Positions 18,452 to 27,217 of a stretch of DNA of 64,000 nt are shown here, one piece after another; the stretch's first letter is position 1; every line of letters starts with the position of its first letter. The DNA lies in assembly GCA_964468915.1 (NCBI GenBank), contig CAYXWX010000001.1, positions 10,055 to 74,054 of the forward strand. Direction: 5' to 3'. The position numbers and the translations under genes are program-made. The notes under the pieces were generated by a model. It was given only the letters and a program-made list of their open reading frames with translations, made no database searches and was not told the DNA's origin. The DNA is from an uncultured Pirellulaceae bacterium. Lineage in GTDB: Bacteria; Planctomycetota; Planctomycetia; Pirellulales; Pirellulaceae.

Positions 18452-19233
18452 GTCGTAAGAAAAAAGCCCCACCAGACAAGCCAAGTAAGGCTTATCTGGT
18501 TTCATTCGGCGATACGATGACCGCTCTGCTGGCCTTCTTCATCGTTCTGAACTCCTTTGCCAAGGATCAAACGGGCGCCAACATGTACTCAGGCACTGGT
18601 TCCTTCATCAATTCGATGTCCTCGATCGGTCTTCCCGGAGACTTCCCCGGCGATCGGACCAGCCAGGTCGTCCAGCAAAAAGCCCCCTCACCGATCTATG
18701 CAGTCGAAAGCCCGGATGAGAAAAAAGACTCTCAAGAACAACTCGGGCCTGATGACAATCCGGATAAAAAGAGAATCATCGATCGACAAACGGACGAATT
18801 CAAACGGTTTTTGACGGAGGTCAATCGCAAGTTTGACGTTCAGGAAGAGCCCGCAACCGAAAACCAGATCGTATTTGACTCGTTTGAGAAACTACGCCGT
18901 GAAAAATCAGGTGGCAGCAATGTCGATGAACTCGATCCGCAGTACGATCCCTTGCAGGACAAAGCAATCAAAATCGCTTCAGATGCAATCAGCAAACTGA
19001 CCCGCAACGAATACGAACTGGAAATCGTCGTCTGGGCGCCGATGCCCAGCCCCAAAGCGATGGCTCGAACGATCACGACGGCAGTGGCGGTTCAAAACCA
19101 GATCGATCGCCTGTTCCGATTCACACCTCAGCAACGGGCCCGAGTCAGTTCATCCGCCAAGCCGTGGCTGTTCTTCGATGCCGCGCGGCCCAAGGTTTCG
19201 TTTATCCTGTCAAAAATTGACCGCAGCAATTGA
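18448..19233 (+). CDS. MotB-like stator subunit, paralog 2
   Basis: N-terminal TM with the conserved Asp (KAYLVSFGDTMTALLAFFIVLNSF). ATGA overlap with paralog 1. The C-domain again lacks an obvious peptidoglycan-binding signature. Confidence 0.65.
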   Translation: MSRKKKAPPDKPSKAYLVSFGDTMTALLAFFIVLNSFAKDQTGANMYSGTGSFINSMSSIGLPGDFPGDRTSQVVQQKAPSPIYAVESPDEKKDSQEQLGPDDNPDKKRIIDRQTDEFKRFLTEVNRKFDVQEEPATENQIVFDSFEKLRREKSGGSNVDELDPQYDPLQDKAIKIASDAISKLTRNEYELEIVVWAPMPSPKAMARTITTAVAVQNQIDRLFRFTPQQRARVSSSAKPWLFFDAARPKVSFILSKIDRSN

Positions 19234-19255
19234 TGGTGTTTTCAACCCGCCTCAG

Positions 19256-19987
19256 TCAGCGACCCGTCGACTGAATTGCCCCGGCGATCTGCGAGCCTGC
19301 AAACGAGAACAATGCAGTGGGTGATTGAAGCTCGATCGGTGGATGATTTCCACTGGTAGAATGGGCCAGCCCGGTCGGCGCCTGATGCTCGTACAAGTAG
19401 CGTTGAAACGCCTGATGAGTTCCCGGATTCGCGTTGTCCCAAACTCCATCCAACGCGAAGGTCACCACCGACTCGTTGGAATCCACGATCACCATCGTGA
19501 TGCTGGCGCGAAGAGGGACGACTGGGTGCAGCTCATTAACCCGGACGATTGCGATGGCGTCCGCATTATAGTGCCGCGAGAACGAGGCAACTTCACGCTC
19601 ATCAAAAGCCCCTCGCAAAAGATTGTCCGGATGTTTGTGAAATCGATCATCAGCCGGAACGACAATTTCGAACACACCCACCTGTCGCAACTGAGACGCT
19701 ATTTCTCGAATGGCGCGGCGATGCAGTTCGTAACTTCCGGGCCCTTTGCCAGACGGCAGAATGACCACCCTCTGAGGCGGATTCGAAAAGAAAGCTGGCG
19801 ACGCGAACACGCTGTACGCAGGCTCTACCGGAAGCGGCGCCTCAACGATGCTTGATCGCTTCCATGGAGGAGTCCAGTCCCACGCGGGAGTCCAGCAGCA
19901 TAACGGCTGACAACCACAGTTGAACGAAACGATCAGCATGATCAAAGCAAAAGCCGTGCGTGATTGAACTGAGCGATAGATTGCCAT
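19256..19987 (-). CDS. hypothetical secreted/lipoprotein (possible FlgO/LpoB-like fold)
   Basis: 243 aa. Signal-like N-terminus ending in NCGC. Alternating beta/alpha pattern (RVVILPSGK...IASQLRQVGVFEIVV...ADAIAIVRVNEL...ITMVIVDSNESVVTFA). Last gene of the flhA-fliA block. Confidence 0.5.
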   Translation of the reverse strand: MAIYRSVQSRTAFALIMLIVSFNCGCQPLCCWTPAWDWTPPWKRSSIVEAPLPVEPAYSVFASPAFFSNPPQRVVILPSGKGPGSYELHRRAIREIASQLRQVGVFEIVVPADDRFHKHPDNLLRGAFDEREVASFSRHYNADAIAIVRVNELHPVVPLRASITMVIVDSNESVVTFALDGVWDNANPGTHQAFQRYLYEHQAPTGLAHSTSGNHPPIELQSPTALFSFAGSQIAGAIQSTGR

Positions 19988-20079
19988 GAGACTGAATGGA
20001 TCACTGGATGGAACGAACGTGCGGCAGGGTTCCCACGAGCTTGTTGCCGCGAACGAAAACGACTCGATTTGATATTTTT

Positions 20080-21240
20080 CTACGGCCGGCGTTTTTGAGA
20101 CAGCGTATTCACCAACACTGCATCAAGCGTGTTTTCTATCTCTTCAAGTGTGCGATCTGCGTTCTGCCTGATCGATCGATTTTCTTTCTCTGCATCGCTG
20201 AGCCGAACCTTGTAAACCGCGATCGAATCACGCAGGATGGCATTTGCGCGATGGGCTTCCTGAGTCAATCGGTTGGACTCTTTCAAGGCGCTGTCTCGAC
20301 GTTTGATGTCGCGTGTCAGGTTGCCAACGCGTGCCTTCAATGCTGACAACTCCCGATACAATTCATCATTCTCACTTTTCAGCTCTAACGCTCGCTCGGT
20401 CGCAGTGAGCGGTCGCGTGCTCAAGTGAGATCCGCTGACACGAATCCCATCGGTCAGATGAGCAAGACTGGCCTCATTGCCCAGCGTGCTGGACGGCGAG
20501 TCCGTCAGTGGATATCCAACATGATCTTGATGCCTTGTTCTGCCAGAGTTTAGCGTGGCATCGTCGGCAGGCGGCAAAGCGTGGTGGTTTTCATCAATCG
20601 ACTCCATGGTCGCAAGGTCGGAAGGCGGCGGTAGCTCGTTCGCGCTGCCAGTGACATTGACTGGCTGATCGTAAGCCGTCGCGGGCGCAGCCAGCATTGG
20701 ATCAGGCGTTGGTCGAGGACCACGGCGATCGCGCGGTTGCTGCGAGGAATTCGGGTGGGGGAAAAAACCATCTGCCGGACCCGCATGGGGTCCGTGCGGA
20801 GGATACCCCGGGTGCGGAGGCGGTACATTCCTGTGAGACGGACTGGCATAAGTGCGTTCCACCGGCGTCTGGTAGCTCACTTGTGCGATATCGTGATCTT
20901 GATCCGGAACACGCGGAACACGCGGCGTGGCAGCTTGCGTTGCTTCCGCCGGGTTCACCTGCTTCCGGTTGGGCTGCTGCCTTGCGCCCCTTCTGCTGCG
21001 GTTCGATTGTGCCACTTCTTTCGTTTGACGGATGCTGGACGGCGCGCGAAACATCTCGGCCAGGCGTTCCTGCAGCCCGCCCCGCCCATAATCGCTCCGC
21101 TGCTGCAGTCGGCTCACTTCAAGTGGACGCACCTGCACCGCACAACCTGTTAACAGTGCAGGAATCACCAGCAGCAAGCAACTTCCCCAACACAATCGAG
21201 ACCGCTGCGTCGAACTCGATATCGTCTTTCGACTATTCAT
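20080..21240 (-). CDS. hypothetical lipoprotein, Pro/Arg/His-rich linker plus C-terminal coiled coil
   Basis: Start at Met-23 of the ORF gives MNSRK...LLLVIPALLTGC, a classic lipobox. It overlaps the stop of the upstream 64-aa ORF by 8 nt (ATGAATAG). The C-terminal 110 aa are heptad-like. Confidence 0.65.
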   Translation of the reverse strand: MNSRKTISSSTQRSRLCWGSCLLLVIPALLTGCAVQVRPLEVSRLQQRSDYGRGGLQERLAEMFRAPSSIRQTKEVAQSNRSRRGARQQPNRKQVNPAEATQAATPRVPRVPDQDHDIAQVSYQTPVERTYASPSHRNVPPPHPGYPPHGPHAGPADGFFPHPNSSQQPRDRRGPRPTPDPMLAAPATAYDQPVNVTGSANELPPPSDLATMESIDENHHALPPADDATLNSGRTRHQDHVGYPLTDSPSSTLGNEASLAHLTDGIRVSGSHLSTRPLTATERALELKSENDELYRELSALKARVGNLTRDIKRRDSALKESNRLTQEAHRANAILRDSIAVYKVRLSDAEKENRSIRQNADRTLEEIENTLDAVLVNTLSQKRRP

Positions 21241-21427
21241 ACTCGCACCTGACCAGAATGGTCTCTCCGCAACGACACGTGACCTCAATGGATTCGATAC
21301 GGTCACCGGTACGGTTCAACTGGATGCGGTGACCTTCAAGATTCTCTCTTGGCCCGATCGTCACCTTCACTGTGTTATTGACAACAGACGGACTCGGACG
21401 CAGCAAACGATTGACTGTGGACATCAT
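21233..21427 (-). CDS. small hypothetical protein (64 aa)
   Basis: Lies 56 nt downstream of fliA on the same strand and is translationally coupled to the next ORF. C-terminus IESIEVTCRCGETILVRCEYE. No family recognised. Confidence 0.5.
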   Translation of the reverse strand: MMSTVNRLLRPSPSVVNNTVKVTIGPRENLEGHRIQLNRTGDRIESIEVTCRCGETILVRCEYE

Positions 21428-21483
21428 TGTGACTCCTTGAGTAATGAAATCGACGTGGGATGATTACGGGTTTGGGTGGCTGT

Positions 21484-22194
21484 TTAAATGAACGAATGCA
21501 CGAGTTCCTTCAGGCGAAATTTCGCAGAAGCAAGATTACGGGAAACTCGCGACTCGGAGATTCCAATCACCTTTCCGATCTCCAACAGAGTCAGGTCTTC
21601 GGTAAAATAAAGGGTCAGCACCAGTCGCTCGCGTTCCGGCAAACGTTCGATACAGTCGGCCATGATTTTTTTAAGCTCTTCTTTCTCAATCTTTGAATCG
21701 GGATCATCTTCATTTTCTCGCCATCCCGCGTGAACGTTGCAAAACAAGTCGTTCCACTTTTCAGGCTTGAGAAATCGCATCGCCTCGAGCACCTGCTGGA
21801 TCTTCTCCTCAGATAATCCCGTCGCGGCAGCCAGATCCTCGGGGCTGACCGGGTGGCCCAAACGCTCATACGCGGCTTTGACGGCATTGATGTGAATCAT
21901 CATCTGCTGCGGAATGGGCGAATTTTTCCGCATTTCATCGACAATCGCTCCTCGAATCCGTGGATAACAATACGTGCGAAAGCTGACGCCTCGACTGGGG
22001 TCAAAGGTTCGAGCGGTCTCCACCAGACCGACCATCCCGGCTTGTTCCAGGTTATCCCGGTCGTAATTGGCTGGCAGGTTGGTCATCAATGTGCTCAAAA
22101 TTTTTCGCACGTAAATCAGATTATCGAGAATCAATTGCTCGCGCATTTGCTCGACGGATGTGTGCAGATAAGTTTGAGTTGCAGAGTTGTTCAT
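21484..22194 (-). CDS. fliA: flagellar sigma factor FliA (sigma-28 family)
   Basis: Region 2 (GMVGLVETARTFDPSRGVSFRTYCYPRIRGAIVDEMR) and region 4 (ERERLVLTLYFTEDLTLLEIGKVIGISESRVSRNLASAKFRLK). ATG at 22194 preferred; a TTG at 22230 is possible. Confidence 0.9.
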   Translation of the reverse strand: MNNSATQTYLHTSVEQMREQLILDNLIYVRKILSTLMTNLPANYDRDNLEQAGMVGLVETARTFDPSRGVSFRTYCYPRIRGAIVDEMRKNSPIPQQMMIHINAVKAAYERLGHPVSPEDLAAATGLSEEKIQQVLEAMRFLKPEKWNDLFCNVHAGWRENEDDPDSKIEKEELKKIMADCIERLPERERLVLTLYFTEDLTLLEIGKVIGISESRVSRNLASAKFRLKELVHSFI

Positions 22195-22248
22195 GGCATT
22201 CTTCTTTGTAAAAAATAACGACTCGAACAAAGCGTCGAATTCAAGCGG

Positions 22249-22473
22249 TTAAGTTCGCGTTGTGTTGGCGACATGGATCACACTGAGTCCAAACGAAACG
22301 ATTGACCCGAGAATGAACGCGGACACGGCCGCTCGCCAAAGGATGACATGCGGCTCCAAACCGGCCGAGACGCCAATCAGGCAAACGCAGCACGCCGTCA
22401 GCAAAGCGCAAACCTGTGCGAGTGGCCCTTTGCGTTTCAAGCGTCTTCGGGCCAGTTGGTGATTGAGGCTCAA
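22249..22473 (-). CDS. small two-TM hypothetical protein
   Basis: 74-aa ORF. Its TTG start overlaps the flhA TGA stop (TTGA). Two hydrophobic helices. Lies between flhA and fliA. Confidence 0.4.
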   Translation of the reverse strand: MSLNHQLARRRLKRKGPLAQVCALLTACCVCLIGVSAGLEPHVILWRAAVSAFILGSIVSFGLSVIHVANTTRT

Positions 22474-24590
22474 GGCGATCCTCCTTTCGTGACGTCAACC
22501 TGATCAGGGTGATTGGATCCTGCATTGGATGCCGCGGTTGCAGCGGGCAACGAATCACCCTGCGGCGGTGGTTGCAATGGAGCTTCACCGTCAAACACAT
22601 CGTCGTGGCGAATCACGGTCACCGGTTCGATCAAAAGATCCGCGGGAATTTCGTGATAGGCAACGATCGATACCTGAGGTAGCGAACGGTGCACGGTCTG
22701 ACGCAAGGCGCGTCGAATCGACGAGTCAACCAAAACCGCTGAGGGCTGGTTCTTCATCGACGCCAGTTCCCACGACTGCTTGCATTTGTCGACCAGTTTT
22801 CCCAAATGGTCGGGCTGCATGGCGATCATTTCCCCGTTCACGTTCTGTCGCAACCAGTGTTCAAGTTTCGGCTCAAGAAGAATCACGTTGACTCGCCCTG
22901 AATCATCTCGGAAACGATCCACAATCACGGGACCGATGTCAGCGCGGACCAGCTCCGTCAGCTCGGCAACCAGTTTTGTCTGCCCGCTATGGTAGATCGC
23001 GGATTCGACAATTTTTTCCAGCGAAGCAATCGAAACTGACTCACGCAGCAGGCTGACCAGTACCTGGTGCAGTACCCCGCTACGCAATGTTTCGGGTTTG
23101 ATTTCATTGACGATCGAGGGAGCGACTTCCTTCAGCTTGTCAAGCATTTTCTGCATGTCCTCGCGGCCCAGCAGTTCATGCGAGTGCTTCTTCAAACATT
23201 CACCGAGGTGTGTGATCAACACGGTTGCGGCGTCCACGACCGTGTAGCCGGCAATTTCTGCGCGACGCCGATCCGATTCGTCAATCCATTTGGCAGGCAA
23301 ACCAAACGCAGGATCCGTCGTCTCGGTACCATCCACTTCAACGCTGACGCTGCCTGGGTTGATCGCCAGAAAACCAGCGGGTTGAATGTTTCCGACGCCG
23401 ACCTTCCGTCCGCTGATGACGATGCGGTATTCCTGCACGTCGATCTGCAAGTTGTCTCGAATGCGGACATTGGGAACCCAGAACCCGAACTGATTACCAA
23501 TGTCTTTGCGCAAGGTCGTTACTCGGTCGACGATGCCTTTGCCGCGTTTCGGTTCGACCAGATGGATCAAGGCGGCACCAATTTCAACGACGATCCTGTC
23601 GTGCTGCAGGAAATCGTCGAGTGCTTTCTGGTCCGGAGAAACGTCTGGAGCTGCCGGTTCACCTTCGGCTTCGGCGTCCAGCGACACCGCGGCCTCGTCT
23701 TCCTGTTGCTTTGCCTGACGTGTCATGAAAAAGACAAGGCCAGACATCAGAATGAAGGGAGTTTTTGGAAGCCCGGGCACCAACACCATCAACAACAAGA
23801 TGATGCCACCGGTGAACATCGCTCGATGCCCACGCATCACCTGCGAGCCAATCTCCTGACCGAGATTGGATTCGGACGACGATTTGGTAACCAGAATACC
23901 GGCACTCGTTGCGATGATCAGTGCAGGAACCTGCGACACCAATCCATCACCGATGGTCAGGATCGTGTAAAGCTGCAAGGCGTCGGTCAGCGATTGACCG
24001 GTGCTCACCGCCAGCAACACGCCGCCCAGAATATTGACCGCCATGATAACCAAGCCCGCGATCGCGTCACCACGAACGTACTTACTGGCACCATCCATCG
24101 CTCCGTAGAACTCGGCTTCCGAAGCGAGATCAGCCCGGCGCTTCTTGGCTTCTTTTTCATCGATCGCCCCGACGTTCAGCTCCGCATCGATCGCCATTTG
24201 CTTTCCGGGCATCGCATCAAGCGTGAAACGTGCGTTGACTTCTGAGATCCGCGTCGCACCCTTGGTGATCACGATGAACTGAATCGTGACCAGAATCAGG
24301 AAGATAACGCCTCCAACGATCAAGTTTCCGCCAACGACCAGGTCGCCAAACGTGTCGACGATTTTCCCGGCGTTTCCATTAAGCAGAATCAGGCGAGTCG
24401 TTGCGACGTTCAAAGCCAACCGAAACAACGTCATCAGCAGCAGCAAAGACGGAAACACGGACACGTCCAGCGGTCGTCGCGCGTTGAGCGTGATCAACAA
24501 CAGCAGAATTGCCGACGCCAGGTTCATCGCCAGAAACATATCCAGCAGGAAAGTCGGCAATGGCACGACCAGCACGACCAGCGTCATCAA
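22470..24590 (-). CDS. flhA: flagellar export apparatus protein FlhA
   Basis: 706 aa. Conserved FRLALNVATTRLIL and ITKGATRISEVNARFTLDAMPGKQMAIDAELN, plus a large cytoplasmic domain. The N-terminus is short; see findings. Confidence 0.95.
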   Translation of the reverse strand: MMTLVVLVVPLPTFLLDMFLAMNLASAILLLLITLNARRPLDVSVFPSLLLLMTLFRLALNVATTRLILLNGNAGKIVDTFGDLVVGGNLIVGGVIFLILVTIQFIVITKGATRISEVNARFTLDAMPGKQMAIDAELNVGAIDEKEAKKRRADLASEAEFYGAMDGASKYVRGDAIAGLVIMAVNILGGVLLAVSTGQSLTDALQLYTILTIGDGLVSQVPALIIATSAGILVTKSSSESNLGQEIGSQVMRGHRAMFTGGIILLLMVLVPGLPKTPFILMSGLVFFMTRQAKQQEDEAAVSLDAEAEGEPAAPDVSPDQKALDDFLQHDRIVVEIGAALIHLVEPKRGKGIVDRVTTLRKDIGNQFGFWVPNVRIRDNLQIDVQEYRIVISGRKVGVGNIQPAGFLAINPGSVSVEVDGTETTDPAFGLPAKWIDESDRRRAEIAGYTVVDAATVLITHLGECLKKHSHELLGREDMQKMLDKLKEVAPSIVNEIKPETLRSGVLHQVLVSLLRESVSIASLEKIVESAIYHSGQTKLVAELTELVRADIGPVIVDRFRDDSGRVNVILLEPKLEHWLRQNVNGEMIAMQPDHLGKLVDKCKQSWELASMKNQPSAVLVDSSIRRALRQTVHRSLPQVSIVAYHEIPADLLIEPVTVIRHDDVFDGEAPLQPPPQGDSLPAATAASNAGSNHPDQVDVTKGGSP

Positions 24591-24695
24591 AAACGTGGCA
24601 GAAAGCCATGTCTCGCTGCGTTGAGCAAATCCTAAATTGGTAGGCGCGGTGGAAATTTTCTATTCTCCGTTGACGTCGCTTCGTTAGATCAATCT

Positions 24696-25400
24696 TCAGA
24701 CAGCAAAACTGCTGACCAGTGCTTTCGAAATCAGTTGCCATCCATCCACCAGAACAAACAGCAACAACTTGCAGGGTGTCGATACAATGACCGGCGGCAT
24801 CATCATCATTCCCAATGACATCAACACGGTCGAAATCACCAGGTCGATCAACAGAAAAGGGATGTAGATGCAAAAGCCCATCACAAAAGCGGTTTTTAAC
24901 TCGCTGATGATGAACGCAGGAATCAACACTTTCAGTGGAGCCTCGCTGGCAGCCGATGGCTGTGGGGTTTTTGACAGATCAACGAACAGTTGCAGGTCGT
25001 TGCCGCGAGTGTGAGCCGTCATGAACAGACGAATCTCGTCGGACGCGACTTGCCACAACTGAGTCACAGTAAAATCACCCTTTGTGGCCTCAGATTGTTG
25101 CGCCTGAAGGTAGGGCTGAACACCATTGCTGTTAATGTTCTCCATCGTGGGAGCCATCACAAACAGCGTCAGAAAAAACGACAAGCCAAGCATTACCTGA
25201 TTTGGAGGAATCTCCTGCGTCGACAACGCGCGTCGGACAAAAGAGAGCACGATGATGATTCGAGTAAACGCGGTCAGACTGACCAGCGCGGCGGTCGCGA
25301 AGCTCATCGCACCAAGGAACAGCGCAATCTGCACCGGTGGCGCGAGTTCGGAGAATGCCTCCGCAGGGTCAACCTGTGCGATTAAAAATGTCAAATCCAT
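24696..25400 (-). CDS. fliP: flagellar export gate protein FliP
   Basis: LTAFTRIIIVLSFVRRALSTQEIPPNQVMLGLSFFLTLFVMAPT and C-terminal FLLIDLVISTVLMSLGMMMMPP. Confidence 0.92.
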   Translation of the reverse strand: MDLTFLIAQVDPAEAFSELAPPVQIALFLGAMSFATAALVSLTAFTRIIIVLSFVRRALSTQEIPPNQVMLGLSFFLTLFVMAPTMENINSNGVQPYLQAQQSEATKGDFTVTQLWQVASDEIRLFMTAHTRGNDLQLFVDLSKTPQPSAASEAPLKVLIPAFIISELKTAFVMGFCIYIPFLLIDLVISTVLMSLGMMMMPPVIVSTPCKLLLFVLVDGWQLISKALVSSFAV

Positions 25401-25489
25401 GAGAGGCCTCCTTGCCCATCACGTCTCAAATGTGCGTCACTCCAAACCCTCAACCGCTTCCATACGATTGCAGAGCCCGACAAAAACCC

Positions 25490-26740
25490 TCACGCGGCCT
25501 TGGCCTGCAACGATTTCAACAGCAGATCCTTCAATCCCTGATCACGCAAAGCGTTTTCCATTTTCCGGCGAATCTCGGCTTCCGATGAAGAGACGTTTCC
25601 AGCTTCGTTCGCTGATCCCGATTTCGATTTTGCTCGTTTCGTGCCGCTGGAGCGAGCCGCTTGCTTGCCAACCGACGCCAGGGAATACATCTCGGGCGGG
25701 AGTTTTCCGCGATCGATTTCAAAAGTGTCTGCGGCCGTCGATTTCATTCTCGCGGCAGCTGAAACCAAAGCGGACGTGTCTTCAATGCTTTCTTCCTGGT
25801 CAAACGATTCCAGTGTGTCAGCAAATGAATCAGTCAATGGCACGACGGATCGAATACCGGTTTGATCGCTGGCGACAACCATTCGATGCTTACCCGTCTC
25901 CACCAGAAAAAGATTTGCTTTCGGCGAAAGCTTCAGCGTCGACTTGATCTGAATTGAGTTCGTTGCAGGCTTTTGTGGGTTGGGCTTGTTTTTGAACTTG
26001 AAGAATTGCTTTGCCACCAGAATGAAACCAACTCCTCCGCACAAAACCAGACACGTGCTCAGTGCGATTCGCTCGATAACCTTCCTGAACTCAGGCGACA
26101 CCGAACCAGCCGCTGCGGGCGCTGAATCGACCAAGGCCGGGCCTGACGCATTGGTGGCAACCAGAGCATCAACTGACACAGCCGGTGCCTCGATACCCCG
26201 TGAATCGTTTCTTGCCTGCTCGACTGGCACTGCCTGTGGCTCGATATCAACGGACGTTGCTTTTCGAGGCTTCATGCCAACCGGTACAACTTCAAGATCG
26301 CGTGGCTCGATTGAGGATTGAACGCTTCCCAGCGCATTTCCAATCAGCTCGAGATCGTTGCGGGAATCAGCGGTTTGCTCGTTTTCGACGGGAGGTTCGG
26401 ATGCAACGTCAATGCGAGAACCGGGCAACTTTCGAACATGGAACGGGGCAACATGATTGGCTGGCTCGACCGCCCGATCCACATGAATCTTCGCGTACGT
26501 TTGGTCGTTCTGGTAAATCGCTTGATGGACCTCCGCTGGCATCCTGTCGATCGGCTCACGTTCCGATTCCCGATGCTGGATAGTGTCGCGATCAGCCGTT
26601 TCAGGTGGAGCAGCGTCGACATATCGCAACGGATTCTGGGCCGCCACGTCCGTCACAAACAGTGCGCCAACGCTCAGAAACGCTGTCATCGAAACGAGAA
26701 CTGAGAAACGGGATGGCGAGATCGATGCAATGGTTTTCAT
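25490..26740 (-). CDS. FliO-like protein, greatly extended (416 aa)
   Basis: Sits between fliN and fliP. Central TM (IALSTCLVLCGGVGFILVAKQFF) followed by LKLSPKANLFLVETGKHRMVVASDQTGI, which matches the FliO core pattern. Also has an N-terminal signal-like peptide and long flanking regions. Confidence 0.5.
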   Translation of the reverse strand: MKTIASISPSRFSVLVSMTAFLSVGALFVTDVAAQNPLRYVDAAPPETADRDTIQHRESEREPIDRMPAEVHQAIYQNDQTYAKIHVDRAVEPANHVAPFHVRKLPGSRIDVASEPPVENEQTADSRNDLELIGNALGSVQSSIEPRDLEVVPVGMKPRKATSVDIEPQAVPVEQARNDSRGIEAPAVSVDALVATNASGPALVDSAPAAAGSVSPEFRKVIERIALSTCLVLCGGVGFILVAKQFFKFKNKPNPQKPATNSIQIKSTLKLSPKANLFLVETGKHRMVVASDQTGIRSVVPLTDSFADTLESFDQEESIEDTSALVSAAARMKSTAADTFEIDRGKLPPEMYSLASVGKQAARSSGTKRAKSKSGSANEAGNVSSSEAEIRRKMENALRDQGLKDLLLKSLQAKAA

Positions 26741-27181
26741 TTAACCGGCCTGACCTTCATAAACTTTGGTAACACGGATCGCAAAATTACCGTTGACGAC
26801 AACAACTTCTCCCAGAGCAAGGGTGACCCCCTGGGCAACCAGCTCGACCGGGCTGCCAATCTCTCGGTCAAGCTCCAACACCGACCCTTCTCCCAGACTC
26901 ATCAGTTTTTGCAGTGGCACGTTCGCACGTCCCAGATCTGCCGAAACCGTAACTTTGATCTCTTGAAATCGATTCAGGTCCTGCGGTTTTCCGCCGGAAG
27001 CTGTGGTGTCCTCGAGTGATTGAAAATCGACATCGTTGACCTGCACGTCACCTTCCGCATCACCTGTTGCTTCTGAAGATTCAGGATTTTGCTCGGTCGT
27101 GGTCGTTTCGTTCTCTGCACCTGCCGTATCGGCTGGTGTTTCGACTTCCTCAGAATCAGTTGCGTCGGTTTCGGCAGTCAT
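26741..27181 (-). CDS. fliN: flagellar motor switch protein FliN
   Basis: C-terminal SpoA domain (VTVSADLGRANVPLQKLMSLGEGSVLELDREIGSPVELVAQGVTLALGEVVVVNGNFAIRVTKV). Acidic N-terminus. Confidence 0.9.
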   Translation of the reverse strand: MTAETDATDSEEVETPADTAGAENETTTTEQNPESSEATGDAEGDVQVNDVDFQSLEDTTASGGKPQDLNRFQEIKVTVSADLGRANVPLQKLMSLGEGSVLELDREIGSPVELVAQGVTLALGEVVVVNGNFAIRVTKVYEGQAG

Positions 27182-27217
27182 GATATTTCTTTGCGTGGGG
27201 AATTCCTGCGTCGTTGA

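Noticed and set aside
21484-22230. Longest-ORF start (TTG at 22230) for fliA. Similar longest-ORF starts apply to the LuxR regulator, fliJ, flgH, the flgN-like gene, the decarboxylase, the Wzz-like gene, argF, accD and exbB.
   Set aside because: Downstream ATG codons give N-termini that match family expectations, remove overlaps, or create ATGA-type coupling. Either start remains possible without experimental data.
23067-24245. 392-aa plus-strand ORF, together with many other long ORFs antisense to or out of frame with flagellar genes (for example 2864-3451, 11271-11759, 19325-19855, 20697-21332, 57310-57909).
   Set aside because: - They lie entirely inside well-supported genes on the other strand or in another frame.
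- Their composition is low-complexity and Arg/Pro/Ser-rich, typical of spurious ORFs in moderately GC-rich DNA.
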